Shown: positions 63,851 through 64,000 of the stretch, one piece after another
Layout: the number at the start of each line of letters is the position of its first letter
How positions within the stretch are numbered: the stretch's first letter is position 1
Source: Podarcis pityusensis
Taxonomy: Eukaryota
Reading direction: 5' to 3' (one strand)
DNA length: 64,000 nucleotides
Assembly: GCA_964106645.2 (NCBI GenBank)
Contig: OZ067039.1
Notes under the pieces: generated by a model
What the model saw: the letters and a program-made list of their open reading frames with translations, nothing else
Database searches by the model: none
Told to the model about the DNA's origin: nothing
Translations under genes and position numbers: made by a program

Positions 63851-63949
63851 AACTGTTCAACTTTAATGCACTCCCCAGCGTGGGGTGTCAGAGAGGGGGG
63901 AGGTTCTCCAGGCTAGTATATTTTACCTTTGCCTTCCTCCTATCTACAG

Positions 63950-64000
63950 GTCTCCCCTGGCTCTAATGTTTCAGCCCCAGGGCCAGTGGCTTCTGCTGAG
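63950..64000 (+). CDS. TGFBR3L: TGFBR3L coding exon 4, 3'-partial (VSPGSNVSAPGPVASAE)
   Basis: Acceptor TCTACAG|; matches TGFBR3 VSEGSVV at the equivalent exon start; runs off the window. Confidence 0.75.

Overview
Vertebrate genomic DNA, most likely from a squamate (lacertid-like) lizard, judged from Sauria SINEs, BovB LINEs, Squam-type SINEs and lizard MITEs. Four genes lie in tandem on the + strand. (1) The 3' part of the large coding exon of LRRC8E, a VRAC subunit (<2-1933). (2) A second, LRRC8D-like gene (10954-12117). It has an intact 387-aa pannexin-like transmembrane/pore domain, but its LRR domain survives only as frameshifted remnants. (3) A complete 12-coding-exon MAP2K7 (16105-42844; 423 aa, or 439 aa with the 48-nt cassette exon), with a CpG-island promoter and a probable long 3'UTR. 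(4) The 5' end of a TGFBR3L-position gene (coding from 59731, running off the window). Unlike mammalian TGFBR3L, it encodes a betaglycan-type N-terminal orphan domain, and it sits behind a TATA promoter with NR5A1/SF-1 motifs. The gene order resembles the LRRC8C-LRRC8D...TGFBR3 region, suggesting retained or decaying ohnologs. Introns and intergenic DNA contain BovB, CR1, L2, Penelope-like, SINE and DNA-transposon insertions, two of them with informative junction structures. Protein identifications come from recalled family sequences, not database searches.
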